This document shows, in pieces, positions 31,117-40,067 of a stretch of DNA of 64,000 bases (its first letter is position 1; every line of letters begins with the position of its first letter). Origin of the DNA: Terriglobia bacterium (lineage in GTDB: Bacteria > Acidobacteriota > Polarisedimenticolia > Polarisedimenticolales > JAIQFR01). Location of the stretch: assembly GCA_963748015.1 (NCBI GenBank), contig CAVVHE010000008.1, positions 384,001-448,000 on the forward strand, read 5' to 3'. The notes under the pieces are model-generated. The model saw only the letters and a program-made list of their open reading frames with translations. It ran no database searches and was not told the origin of the DNA. Both the position numbers and the translations under genes were made by a program.

Positions 31117-31353
31117 GAAGAAGACGCGATTTGCGGGTCGCCTGGGGATTGTGACATAAGTCATTATTTTATAAGGACTTGCGCCTGTCATTCGCCTTGT
31201 CTTTGCCTTGTCGCCGGGGCGAGAGCGAGCCTGGCCGGGATTCTGACGGGTAGGCCCCCCGCAGTGCCCTCCTCGCGTCGGGGAAGCGGCGTCTCTACCG
31301 GGCTTGCCCTCGGATCTCCATGAAAACAAGGGCAATTCGATCCGGCGGCGCCG

Positions 31354-31369
31354 TGGTACGCCGGTTGCT
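31354..31369 (+). promoter_or_regulatory. sigma54 promoter for the GT2 glycosyltransferase
   Basis: TGGTAC-GCCGG-TTGCT, about 60 nt before the GTG start. Confidence 0.8.
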
Positions 31370-31426
31370 CCCCTCGAGGGAGGCGCGGAACGCCGAGAGC
31401 GGAGCGTGCCGCCGGAGGATCCCCTA

Positions 31427-33211
31427 GTGGACTTGAAGCCTCTCTTCAGCGTAGTGATCCCGGCGCACGACGGCCGCGAGCGACTCGCGCTCACCCTCGA
31501 CTCGATCGCGCGGGCGAACTTCGACCTCTCCCGGGTCGAGGTGGTGGTCGTGGACGACGCGTCCACGGACGGCACGATCGAATCCTTCCGCGATCGGAGC
31601 TATCCCTTCCGCTTCTCGATCCACCGCGTCGAGGCTCGGAACCAGTCCGCGGCGACGAACGAGGCGATCCGGCGAGCGTCGGGGACCTACGTCCTCTCGT
31701 CGGCGCAGGACATCCTCTTCCACGAGGACCTGTTCTCGCGACACCTCGCGTGCCACGAGCGTTTCGCCGGCGAGGACGTGGCGGTCCTCGGCTACCTCCC
31801 GTACCCCGAGACCCTGAGCGTCACGCCGTTCCTGTCCTATCTCGTGCAGGGCGGCTTCCAGTTCGCGTACTGGATGATCAAGGACCCGACGAACGTGCCG
31901 CCGGCGTTCCTCTACGCGCCGAACTTCTCCGTGCGGAAGGACGTGATCGACCGCGTCGGCGGCTTCGACGAGGAATTCCCTTACGGGTGCCAGGATTCGG
32001 ATCTCGGGATCAGGCTCTACGAGGCCGGGGTGCGAATCGTCCACGACCCCGGGGCGATCGGATACCACAACCATCCGGTGGAATTCCGGGACTACTTCGC
32101 GCGCCAGGAGCGCGTCGCCGCCGGGCTCGTCCTCCTCGAGTCGAAGCACCCCGACTACGAGGGAGGTCCCGCTGCGTGGGATGCCGTCGTGCGCGGCTAC
32201 CTGATGTACTCCGCCGTGGAGCGCGACCGCGACCTCGACATCGTCGCGCGGCTCGAGCCGGGGCTGGCGGGCGGGGGAACGCGCTTCCGCGAGCTCTGGG
32301 CCGCCGCGTTCTGCGAGGGGACGCCGGTCGACCGGTTCTCCGCCGCCGACCAGCGCACGCTCCGTCTCGCGGAGGCGCTGTTCAACGCCTACGACCGCGT
32401 GCTCCGCTTCCACTGGTGGAAGGGGTACTTCGCGGAGTTCCTGCGCGTGCACGGTGCCGAGAAGGTGAGGCGGCTCGTGCGCGCCCGCGTCGCGAAGGGG
32501 CAGCCCCCGCTCCAGCTGCGCCGCGCCGCGGAGGCGCGCCTCCGCCGCCACGGGATCGAGCTGAGCCTCGTCTCCCCGCGGGACGCGAGGACGTCGCTCG
32601 TCGTCCACGGGCTCGAGAGCTATCTCGACGCCGCCCGCTGGCTGGGCCGGTTCGACGCCACCGCCGATCCGCCGCGCGACCACCAGGCCGTCCTGGTCGT
32701 GGACCGCGAGGCGATGCCCGACGCCGAGCTCGAGAAGCTGCGCGAGGTGGTGGACGTCGTCGCGCGCGAGCGCCGGGACGAGGGAGTCCTCGAGGCCCTG
32801 AGGCTGTGCCTCGCCGAGACCGTCGTGGTCACCTCCGCCGGCGTCGAGCCGGAGCTGCCCCGCTGGCGCCTGCTCGCCGACCTGTGCTTCAGCCGCATGC
32901 CGCGGGTCGAGGTTCTCGGCGGGAGCGTCGAGGACGGGCGGGGGCGCCGCCGCTACGGCTACCGCTTCGACGGCGCGGCGCTCGCCGAGAAGCGCAACGG
33001 GGCCGCGTCCGGCTCGTCGCCGCGCGGCCCGTCCGTCGTGGACGTGGCGATCCCGGAGTTCCTGATCCTGCGGCGCGCCCTCGCGGAGCGCGTGCTCGAG
33101 GAGCGCGCCGCGGCGCCCGCCGAGCCCGCGCCGTGGAACTTCGAGCTGTGCCGCGCGGCCGCGCGCGGCGGCGGCCAGGTCCTCGAGCTCCCCGACCTGC
33201 GCGTCCGCTGA
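31427..33211 (+). CDS. Family 2 glycosyltransferase with a degenerate second domain
   Basis: FSVVIPAH, VVVVDDASTDGT, NFSVRK...VGGFDEEF.YG.QD.DLG; GGAGGA RBS 7 nt before GTG. Confidence 0.85.
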   Translation: MDLKPLFSVVIPAHDGRERLALTLDSIARANFDLSRVEVVVVDDASTDGTIESFRDRSYPFRFSIHRVEARNQSAATNEAIRRASGTYVLSSAQDILFHEDLFSRHLACHERFAGEDVAVLGYLPYPETLSVTPFLSYLVQGGFQFAYWMIKDPTNVPPAFLYAPNFSVRKDVIDRVGGFDEEFPYGCQDSDLGIRLYEAGVRIVHDPGAIGYHNHPVEFRDYFARQERVAAGLVLLESKHPDYEGGPAAWDAVVRGYLMYSAVERDRDLDIVARLEPGLAGGGTRFRELWAAAFCEGTPVDRFSAADQRTLRLAEALFNAYDRVLRFHWWKGYFAEFLRVHGAEKVRRLVRARVAKGQPPLQLRRAAEARLRRHGIELSLVSPRDARTSLVVHGLESYLDAARWLGRFDATADPPRDHQAVLVVDREAMPDAELEKLREVVDVVARERRDEGVLEALRLCLAETVVVTSAGVEPELPRWRLLADLCFSRMPRVEVLGGSVEDGRGRRRYGYRFDGAALAEKRNGAASGSSPRGPSVVDVAIPEFLILRRALAERVLEERAAAPAEPAPWNFELCRAAARGGGQVLELPDLRVR

Positions 33212-33270
33212 CCGCGAAGTCGGTCTCCGCCCTCATCCCGTGGATTGGCCACCGCGGTGGCGAAGGACCC

Positions 33271-33439
33271 GGAGCCGGACGCTCGCGCTCGAGTGCGACC
33301 CGCGCGGCACGCTTCGGCGTTGCGCGGCGTAAGTCGCCGCGCCGCCTCGCTCCGGTTTTCGCGCGGCCTTCAAAGGAAGAACCGGCCGCGCGAAAACAGG
33401 GCCGCTTCGGGTCGCACTCGAGCGCGAGCGTCCGGCTCC
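33271..33439. repeat. 169-bp palindromic element (MITE/REP-like) with perfect 32-bp terminal inverted repeats
   Basis: 33271-33302 is the exact reverse complement of 33408-33439; three internal hairpins. Confidence 0.85.
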
Positions 33440-33449
33440 TGCTTGGTCG

Positions 33450-34595
33450 TCAGGATCGAGTCGGGGGTCCGGACGAGACGCTCAGCAGAGCCTGTTCCCA
33501 GCGGTCTCGGAGGACTTCGATGTTGCGCTCGCGCAGGACGAACTCGCGCTGCCGGGCGAGCTCCTGGTCGCGGGCGGGGGCGTCGCGGAGCCAGCGCTCG
33601 AGGGTGTCGGCCCACGCGGCGGGGTCGTTCGGCGAGGTCGCCGTGACCTCGCCGAGGTAGGGCGGCACGGCGCTCGCGACGGTCATCGTTCCCGCGGCGG
33701 CGTACTCGTAGAACTTCAGCGCGGACTTGTGGCGGTTGAACGGCGTGTCGAGGAGGGGACAGATCCCGACGTCGAGATCCGCCGCGGAGAGCGAGTCGAA
33801 GTACGCGTCGATGCCCGAGAAGAGCACGTGGCGGTGGCGGATCGCCCGGAACTCGGAGGCGAGCGCGAGGAACGCCTCGGCCCGGTCCTTCTGGCTCGGC
33901 GTGAAGCCGGCGCGATTGCGGCGGATCTCGCGCACCTCGACGTCGAGCGGGCGCGAGGTCAGCCCCAGGAGGACGAACACGAAATCGAGCCGCTTCTGCA
34001 GCTCGCGGATCGCCGGCAGGACCATGAGGAGGTCGTCGAGGTGGCAGGACGAGCCGGCCCAGCCGACGCGGAGGCCCGAGGCCGCGCGCGGGCGCCCTTT
34101 CCATCGCTTCGGGTCCACCGCGTTCGGGAGCACGTGAACCGGCTTGCCGCGGGGCGCGAGGGTCTCCGCGAGCACCGGCGTCGTGACGAAGAACGCGTCG
34201 GCGCCTTCGAGCAGCGCCCGCAGGTTCTCGGGCGCTCCGGCGATCGTCTCGTAGCTCGGGTTGAGCGCCTCGACCCCCTCGAGGAAGTCGTCCACCGAGT
34301 AGACGACCGGGACTCCCCGCGCCCGCGCCAGCTCGCCGAGCGGCTCGACCAGCAGCAGCCGGCTCCCGTCGGCCAGGACGGGGGCCGCGACCATCTGCGG
34401 GAAGATCAGCGTCGAGACGCCGTCGAGGATCTTCCCGTCCGGCTCGTACCCCCGCGCCGTGCGGGTCAGCGTCAGGGATGCGCCGAGCGTCCGCAGCTCG
34501 AACCCCCGCTCCCCGAGGTGCTCGAACGGCTGGTGGAAACGGACGTACGTCACCCCGGTCACGACGTCGTCGATGACGGCGAGCGCCCGGCGCAC
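33450..34595 (-). CDS. GT-B fold glycosyltransferase (GT4-like)
   Basis: YSVDD, VLPNAVD, VGWAGSS.H..DL, DVGICPL.DTPFNRHKSALKFYEY; GTG start 7 nt after the upstream stop. Confidence 0.85.
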   Translation of the reverse strand: MRRALAVIDDVVTGVTYVRFHQPFEHLGERGFELRTLGASLTLTRTARGYEPDGKILDGVSTLIFPQMVAAPVLADGSRLLLVEPLGELARARGVPVVYSVDDFLEGVEALNPSYETIAGAPENLRALLEGADAFFVTTPVLAETLAPRGKPVHVLPNAVDPKRWKGRPRAASGLRVGWAGSSCHLDDLLMVLPAIRELQKRLDFVFVLLGLTSRPLDVEVREIRRNRAGFTPSQKDRAEAFLALASEFRAIRHRHVLFSGIDAYFDSLSAADLDVGICPLLDTPFNRHKSALKFYEYAAAGTMTVASAVPPYLGEVTATSPNDPAAWADTLERWLRDAPARDQELARQREFVLRERNIEVLRDRWEQALLSVSSGPPTRS

Positions 34596-34602
34596 CGCCG
34601 CC

Positions 34603-37600
34603 TCAGTCGTTCTCGACCACGGCGAGAGCGTCCTCTTCCTCGGTGGGCGGCCGCCCACCCCCGGCCCCCGGCTCGGGAGCGCCGGACGGGAGGACGATCG
34701 GCGGCAGGCCCTTTGCCTTGAGCGCGTCGTTCGCGGCCGCGAGGTCGCGGCCCGCCAGCTCGCCGAAGGACTTCTCGACGTCTGCGAGCTCGCGCTCGAG
34801 CGCGTCCACGCGCTCGAGCAGGTAGGCCGCGGGACGGCCCTCGTACGAGAGGATCGCGCCGTACACCGAGCCCAGCTCCTCGCGAAGCCGCTCCTCGCCC
34901 GTGATCGCCCCGCCTTCCTTGGTCGCGACGATCTGCTTGCGCAGGTCGTCCGCCTTGCCGGCGAGAGCCAGGAGCCGGCCGCGGAGCGCGTCCTGTTCGG
35001 GAAGAGGCGCCGCGAGCTTCGCGGCGCCGTCGCGAAGTGCTCCGGCGCGGTAGACGAGATCGCTCATCCTGCCGAAGAGGCCGTGCACGCGCATCGCGGC
35101 GTCGAAGCTCGCCTTGCGGTCGGCTTCCGTGAAGGTCGCGCGCCGGTCGAGGCCGACCTCGAGCTTCGTCTCGTACTTCTGCTCGCCCTTGAGCAGCCGG
35201 ACCGTGTAGGTGCCCGGCACCACGCGCGGCCCCCGGTTCGCCGACCCGGCCACCTGCGCCGCGGGCGGCACCTTCGGCGGCTTGACGCGCATGTCCCAGC
35301 TGACGCGGTTGAGGCCGCGGTGCGCGGAGGCCGGGAGCGTAGCCAGCACCTTCCCCTCGCTGTCGAGGATCTCGAGCTTGATCGGGCCGAACAGGTGGCG
35401 GGTGCGCTGGTAGTAGGTGATCTGCGCCGCCACGGGCGCGGCCTCGCCGGTGAAGGTCCCGTCGCCGTCCGACCAGCCGCCGCCGGCCTGGATGCGCTGC
35501 TGGACCGGGCGCGTCGCGACGAACGCCGCGTCCTTCTGCATCAGCTCCGGGGTCAGCCCGCGCAGCGGCGTGATGTCGTCCACGATCCAGATCCCGCGGC
35601 CGTGGGTCGCGATCACGAGGTCGGCGTCCCGCTGGTGGACGGCCAGGTCGCGGACCGCGACGCTCGGGAAGTTGCCGCCCTTGAACTCGGCCCAGCGCTC
35701 GCCGCCGTCGTTCGAGATCCACAGGCCGAACTCGGTTCCCACGAACAGGAGATTCGGGGCGACCGGGTCCTCCTTGATCACGTGGGCGAAGCCGCGCACC
35801 CCTTTCTCGGGCGCCACGATGCGCTTCCAGGTCTTGCCGAAGTCGCGCGTGACGAAAGCGAACGGCCGGAAGTCCCCGAAGGTGTGACGGTCGAACGTCG
35901 CGTAGGCGGTCCCGGCGTCGTGGGGACTCGCCTCGACCCAGGACACCCACGAGGCGGGCGGGAGCCCCTCGATGCGGCTCGTCAGGTCGGTCCAGCGCGC
36001 GCCGCCGTCGCGCGTCAGCTGCACGTTGCCGTCGTCGGTGCCGACCCAGATGACCTTGCGGTCCTTCGGCGACTCGCTGATGGAGTAGATCGTGGTGTGC
36101 GTCTCCGCGGCGGAGTTGTCCACCGTGACGCCCCCCGACTCCTCCTGCTTCTGCTTCGCCGGGTCGTTCGTGGTCAGGTCGGGGGAGATGCGCTCCCACG
36201 TCGCGCCGTGGTCGCGCGTGCGGAAGAGGAACTGGGCGCCCATGTACAGCGTCCCCTTCTCGTTGGGGCTCAGGTGCAGCGGCGTGTTCCAGTTCCAGCG
36301 CAGCTTTTCCTTGTAGCCCGAGGTCGGCTGGATCCGGCGCGTCTCGTGCGTGTTCCGGTTCACGCGCCCGGTCTCGCCCCCCTGCGACTCCGCGTAGAGG
36401 TAGTCCGGATCGGCCGGGTCCGGGAACATCCAGAAACCGTCGCCGCCGAACATGTTCTCCCACCGGGCGTTGGACACCCCGCCGGGATGCGACGAGTCGC
36501 CTACCCAGGAACTGTTGTCCTGGAGCCCGCCGTACACGCGGTACGGGTCCTCGCCGTCCACGCTCACGTGGTAGTACTGCGCGATCGGCAGGTTCATCGC
36601 CATGTTCCAGCGGTTCCCGCCGTCGTACGAGATCCCGAGGCCGCCGTCCGTCCCGCCGACCACGACGCTCGGGTTCTCGGGGTGGATCCAGAGGTCGTGC
36701 CAGTCGGCGTGCATCCCGCCGCCCGTCTGGCTGAACGTCTTGCCGCCGTCCGTGCTCACGATGAGGCCGAGGTCCGGCTTGAACAGCTTGTCGGGGTCCT
36801 TCGGGTCCACGATCAGGTTGGCGAAGTAGAAGGGGCGCCAGACCATCTGCTGGCTCTTGTCCCGCTTGTCCCAGGTCCTGCCGCCGTCGCTCGAGCGGTA
36901 GAGTGCCGAGTCGGTGGACTCCACGACCGCGTAGACGACCGACCCGTTCGACGGGGCCACCGCGACGGCAATCCGGCCGTACGGCTTCGCCGGGAACCCC
37001 TTGTTCGCCGCGTTCGTGATCTCCGTCCAGTTCGCTCCGCCGTCGGAGGAGGTGTAGAGCCCGCTCCCGCTCGGCACGCTCGGCGATTCGCCCCCCGACC
37101 GGAACGTCCAGCCCTTCCGCCGGAAATCCCACAGCGCGGCGAAGAGCCGGTCCGGGTCCTTCGGGTCCATTGCGAGGGACGAGCAGCCTGTCGAGGGATT
37201 GCCGCCCTTGAGGACGAGCGCCCAGGTCTTGCCGCCGTCCGTCGTCTTGTAGAGGCCGCGGTCGTCCGAGTCGCTCCACAGCTTGCCGGCGACGCACGCG
37301 AAGACCGTGCCGCCGCTCCTCGGGTCCACGATCACGTTGGCGATGCGCTCCGATTCGGGGAGGCCCATGTGCGTCCAGGTGTCGCCGCCGTCGGTGGACT
37401 TGTAGATCCCGTCGCCGACCGACACCGAGTTCCGCGTCCAGGTCTCGCCGGTCCCGACCCAGACCACCTTGCGATCGGTCGGATCCACGGCGATCGCGCC
37501 GACGGACTGCACCGGCTGCCGGTCGAAGACCGGCTTGAAGGTCGTTCCGCCGTCCTCGGAGCGCCAGACGCCTCCGCTCGCGGCGCCGACGTACAGCTTG

Positions 37601-37794
37601 AACTTCCCGCCGTCGACGATGCCGGTCAACGCCGAGATCCGGCCGCTCATCGTGGCCGGCCCGATGTTGCGGGCCCCGAGACCGGAGATCGTCGCGGAAT
37701 CGAACCGGGCCGGCGCGCCGGAGGGCGGCGCGGCGGAGGTCCCGCCGAGGGTTGCCGAGGCGACGAGGGCGGCGGCCAAGATCGTCTGCTTCAT
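34603..37794 (-). CDS. Secreted VPS10/sortilin-like Asp-box (BNR) beta-propeller protein, putative glycosyl hydrolase
   Basis: Own RBS (CAGGAG) and signal peptide MKQTILAAALV; RNIGPA.MSGR; eleven (S/T)xDxGxx(W/F) Asp-boxes; GGLQDN; ATHGRG. Confidence 0.85.
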   Translation of the reverse strand: MKQTILAAALVASATLGGTSAAPPSGAPARFDSATISGLGARNIGPATMSGRISALTGIVDGGKFKLYVGAASGGVWRSEDGGTTFKPVFDRQPVQSVGAIAVDPTDRKVVWVGTGETWTRNSVSVGDGIYKSTDGGDTWTHMGLPESERIANVIVDPRSGGTVFACVAGKLWSDSDDRGLYKTTDGGKTWALVLKGGNPSTGCSSLAMDPKDPDRLFAALWDFRRKGWTFRSGGESPSVPSGSGLYTSSDGGANWTEITNAANKGFPAKPYGRIAVAVAPSNGSVVYAVVESTDSALYRSSDGGRTWDKRDKSQQMVWRPFYFANLIVDPKDPDKLFKPDLGLIVSTDGGKTFSQTGGGMHADWHDLWIHPENPSVVVGGTDGGLGISYDGGNRWNMAMNLPIAQYYHVSVDGEDPYRVYGGLQDNSSWVGDSSHPGGVSNARWENMFGGDGFWMFPDPADPDYLYAESQGGETGRVNRNTHETRRIQPTSGYKEKLRWNWNTPLHLSPNEKGTLYMGAQFLFRTRDHGATWERISPDLTTNDPAKQKQEESGGVTVDNSAAETHTTIYSISESPKDRKVIWVGTDDGNVQLTRDGGARWTDLTSRIEGLPPASWVSWVEASPHDAGTAYATFDRHTFGDFRPFAFVTRDFGKTWKRIVAPEKGVRGFAHVIKEDPVAPNLLFVGTEFGLWISNDGGERWAEFKGGNFPSVAVRDLAVHQRDADLVIATHGRGIWIVDDITPLRGLTPELMQKDAAFVATRPVQQRIQAGGGWSDGDGTFTGEAAPVAAQITYYQRTRHLFGPIKLEILDSEGKVLATLPASAHRGLNRVSWDMRVKPPKVPPAAQVAGSANRGPRVVPGTYTVRLLKGEQKYETKLEVGLDRRATFTEADRKASFDAAMRVHGLFGRMSDLVYRAGALRDGAAKLAAPLPEQDALRGRLLALAGKADDLRKQIVATKEGGAITGEERLREELGSVYGAILSYEGRPAAYLLERVDALERELADVEKSFGELAGRDLAAANDALKAKGLPPIVLPSGAPEPGAGGGRPPTEEEDALAVVEND

Positions 37795-37813
37795 GATCGG
37801 CGTCTCCTGTCCG

Positions 37814-38583
37814 CTACTTCGCCGCGGCGGGGAGCCGCCCGGGAAACGGAAGATCGCTTCGTCCACGGCGACGTTGGCCTCGACCTTCGTGACCGTGGTC
37901 TTCTGTCCCTTCTCCGTCGCGCCCCTTCTGCCGGACTGGACGGAGAACGGGAAGTAGACGCCGTTCACCTTCTCGTAGGCGCCGAGGTCCGTCTCGGTCT
38001 CGATCGTGGCGCCGCGCACCCGGCGCTGCGCCACGCGCCGGATCTCGAGGAAGTAGTCCGGATCCAGGAAGACGTACTCGACGTCGCCCGCGGGGCGGGT
38101 CACCTTCAGTTTGTGGGCCTCGGTCCCGTCCACGTCCTCGGTGCCGAGGTACTCGACCTTGTTCCCCTTGGCCGCGGCGTCCAGGAGCGGCCCATCGATC
38201 TCGGCCTGATAGCTCAGGTCGCGGGCCGCGTCGGCCGACAGCTTCTCCGGGTCCTTGCGGCCACCGAACGGCTGGACCGTCCAACCCTCCGTCCCGTCGT
38301 ACGCGCGGATCATCGTGAGCCCCTGCGTGGTGGACTCGGAGCGAATCCGGTCGGGGCGCTTCCGGATCTCGACGAACGGCGTCTCGGCGCCTCCGCCGCC
38401 GCGGCCCCCGCCGCCTCCTCCGGTACGCGTCCCCTCGATCCGCAAGGTCTCGATCGCCTTGATCCTGTCCAGCCCGCCGCGCGCCTCGAGGTTCTTGGCG
38501 ATCAGCTCGTCGGCCGTCAGCGCGCGCGCCGGAAGGGTCGCGATCGCGACCGCGGCCAGGAGAACGAATCGTCGAGCCAGCAT
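37814..38583 (-). CDS. Secreted LolA-like/lipoprotein-sorting-type protein (as sequenced, reads through into the VPS10 gene)
   Basis: GGAGG RBS; signal peptide MLARRFVLLAA; ADELIAKNLEARGG, AYDG..GW, YLGTEDVDG, FLDPDYFL, ends F.FP; out-of-frame TAG at 37814-37816. Confidence 0.6.
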
Positions 38584-38749
38584 GGGAGCCTCCATCGGTA
38601 AGCGCGCGCGCCCCGGCGGCCAGCCGCCACGCACGGCTCGTGCGCGGTTTCCCGGCCGTTGCGGTCGCGAGCCAAAGAGCGGAACATCATAATCTCTTTT
38701 TCCGGCCGCCCGGACGGACGCCGCTCCGCCGGCCGTGCGAGAGGTACCC

Positions 38750-39304
38750 ATGGCATTGACCCCTTCCACGATGCCCGGTCTGGGCAAGCAGGCTCCCGAC
38801 TTCTCCCTGCCCGATACCGACGGCGGGACGGTCTCGCTCTCCGATTTCCGCGACGCGAAAGCGCTGCTGGTGATGTTCATCTGCAATCACTGCCCGTACG
38901 TGAAGCACGTGCAGGAGGGGCTGGCGGCTCTCTGCGAGGCGTACCGGAAACGAGGCGTCGCGATCGTCGGCATCAGCAGCAACGAGGTGGCCGGTTATCC
39001 GGAAGACGCCCCCGACCGGATGAAGATCGAGAAGGAGCGCGCCGGGTACACGTTCCCGTACCTCTTCGACGAGAGCCAGGAGGTGGCGCGGGCGTACGAG
39101 GCGGCCTGCACCCCGGACTTCTTCCTGTTCGACGCGAGCCGGAAGCTCGTCTACCGGGGGCAGCTGGACGACAGCCGTCCCGGCAACGGCATACCCGTGA
39201 CCGGGAAGGACCTGAGGGGCGCGCTCGACGCGGTCCTCGCGGGCCGTCCGGTGCCGGCGGAGCAGAAGCCGAGCATCGGCTGCAACATCAAGTGGAAGCC
39301 CTGA
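38750..39304 (+). CDS. Thioredoxin-fold redoxin (AhpC/TSA-like)
   Basis: APDFSLPD, FICNHCPYV, AACTPDFFLFD, GCNIKW. Confidence 0.9.
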   Translation: MALTPSTMPGLGKQAPDFSLPDTDGGTVSLSDFRDAKALLVMFICNHCPYVKHVQEGLAALCEAYRKRGVAIVGISSNEVAGYPEDAPDRMKIEKERAGYTFPYLFDESQEVARAYEAACTPDFFLFDASRKLVYRGQLDDSRPGNGIPVTGKDLRGALDAVLAGRPVPAEQKPSIGCNIKWKP

Positions 39305-39365
39305 TGGATGTTCTCGCCTCCACGTCCACCAGAGAGGTTGAGAGGGTGCTCGCCGACCCGCCGGC

Positions 39366-39394
39366 TTGCGAAATGGACAAGATCGCTCCACAAT
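39366..39394 (+). promoter_or_regulatory. sigma70-type promoter for msrA
   Basis: TTGCGA-17 nt-CACAAT. Confidence 0.5.
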
Positions 39395-39440
39395 TGAGGT
39401 CCGGACGCGGAGCGAGCTTCGGCCGCCGTTCGGGGCTGAG

Positions 39441-40067
39441 GTGAACGTGTTCCGGCGCACGAGGTCCTGGCTTCTGGTCGTTCCCGCAGCGCTGGCGCTC
39501 GGCGCGCTGTTCCTTCTCGGAGCGCGGGGAACCGGGGGTAAAGAGATGAGCGGCAAGAGCCCATTCGTGGCGGTCCAGGGCGCCGAGGAGGCGTTCTTCG
39601 CGGGCGGGTGCTTCTGGGGTGTCGAGTACTGGCTGGAGAAGACTCCCGGCGTGCTCCTCGTGGAATCCGGCTACATGGGCGGGCACGTGGACTCGCCGAC
39701 CTACGAGCAGGTTTGCGGCGGCAGGACCGGCCACGCCGAGACCGTGCACGTGGTCTTCGACCCCAAGAAGACGACCTACGAGGCCGTCGCGCGGCTCTTC
39801 TTCGAGATCCACGACCCGACGCAGGTGAACCGCCAGGGACCGGACGTCGGCGATCAGTACCGCTCCGCGGTGTTCTACAAGACCGACGCGCAGAAGGAAA
39901 CCGCCGAGAAGCTGATCGGCGAGCTCGCGAAGCGCGGGTACAAGGTGGCTACGCGCCTCGAGCCGGCGGGCGCCTTCTGGCGCGCCGAGGAGTACCACCA
40001 GCAGTACTACGACCACAAGGGGACGCAGCCGTACTGCCACGCCCGCGTGAAGCGCTTCGGCGATTAG
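39441..40067 (+). CDS. msrA: Peptide methionine (S)-S-oxide reductase MsrA (start 39441 or 39546)
   Basis: GGCFWG, GHAE, HDPTQ.NRQG.D.G.QYRS, AEEYHQ.Y, PYCH. Confidence 0.95.
   Translation: MNVFRRTRSWLLVVPAALALGALFLLGARGTGGKEMSGKSPFVAVQGAEEAFFAGGCFWGVEYWLEKTPGVLLVESGYMGGHVDSPTYEQVCGGRTGHAETVHVVFDPKKTTYEAVARLFFEIHDPTQVNRQGPDVGDQYRSAVFYKTDAQKETAEKLIGELAKRGYKVATRLEPAGAFWRAEEYHQQYYDHKGTQPYCHARVKRFGD

Noticed and set aside
30979..31575. 199-aa N-terminal extension of flagellin in the ORF track
   Set aside because: Spans the sigma28 promoter and the start of the divergent gene; the true start is at 30978 with a strong SD
38584..38886. N-terminal extension of the 1427-aa ORF
   Set aside because: Overlaps the divergent redoxin gene; RBS and signal peptide indicate a start at 38583
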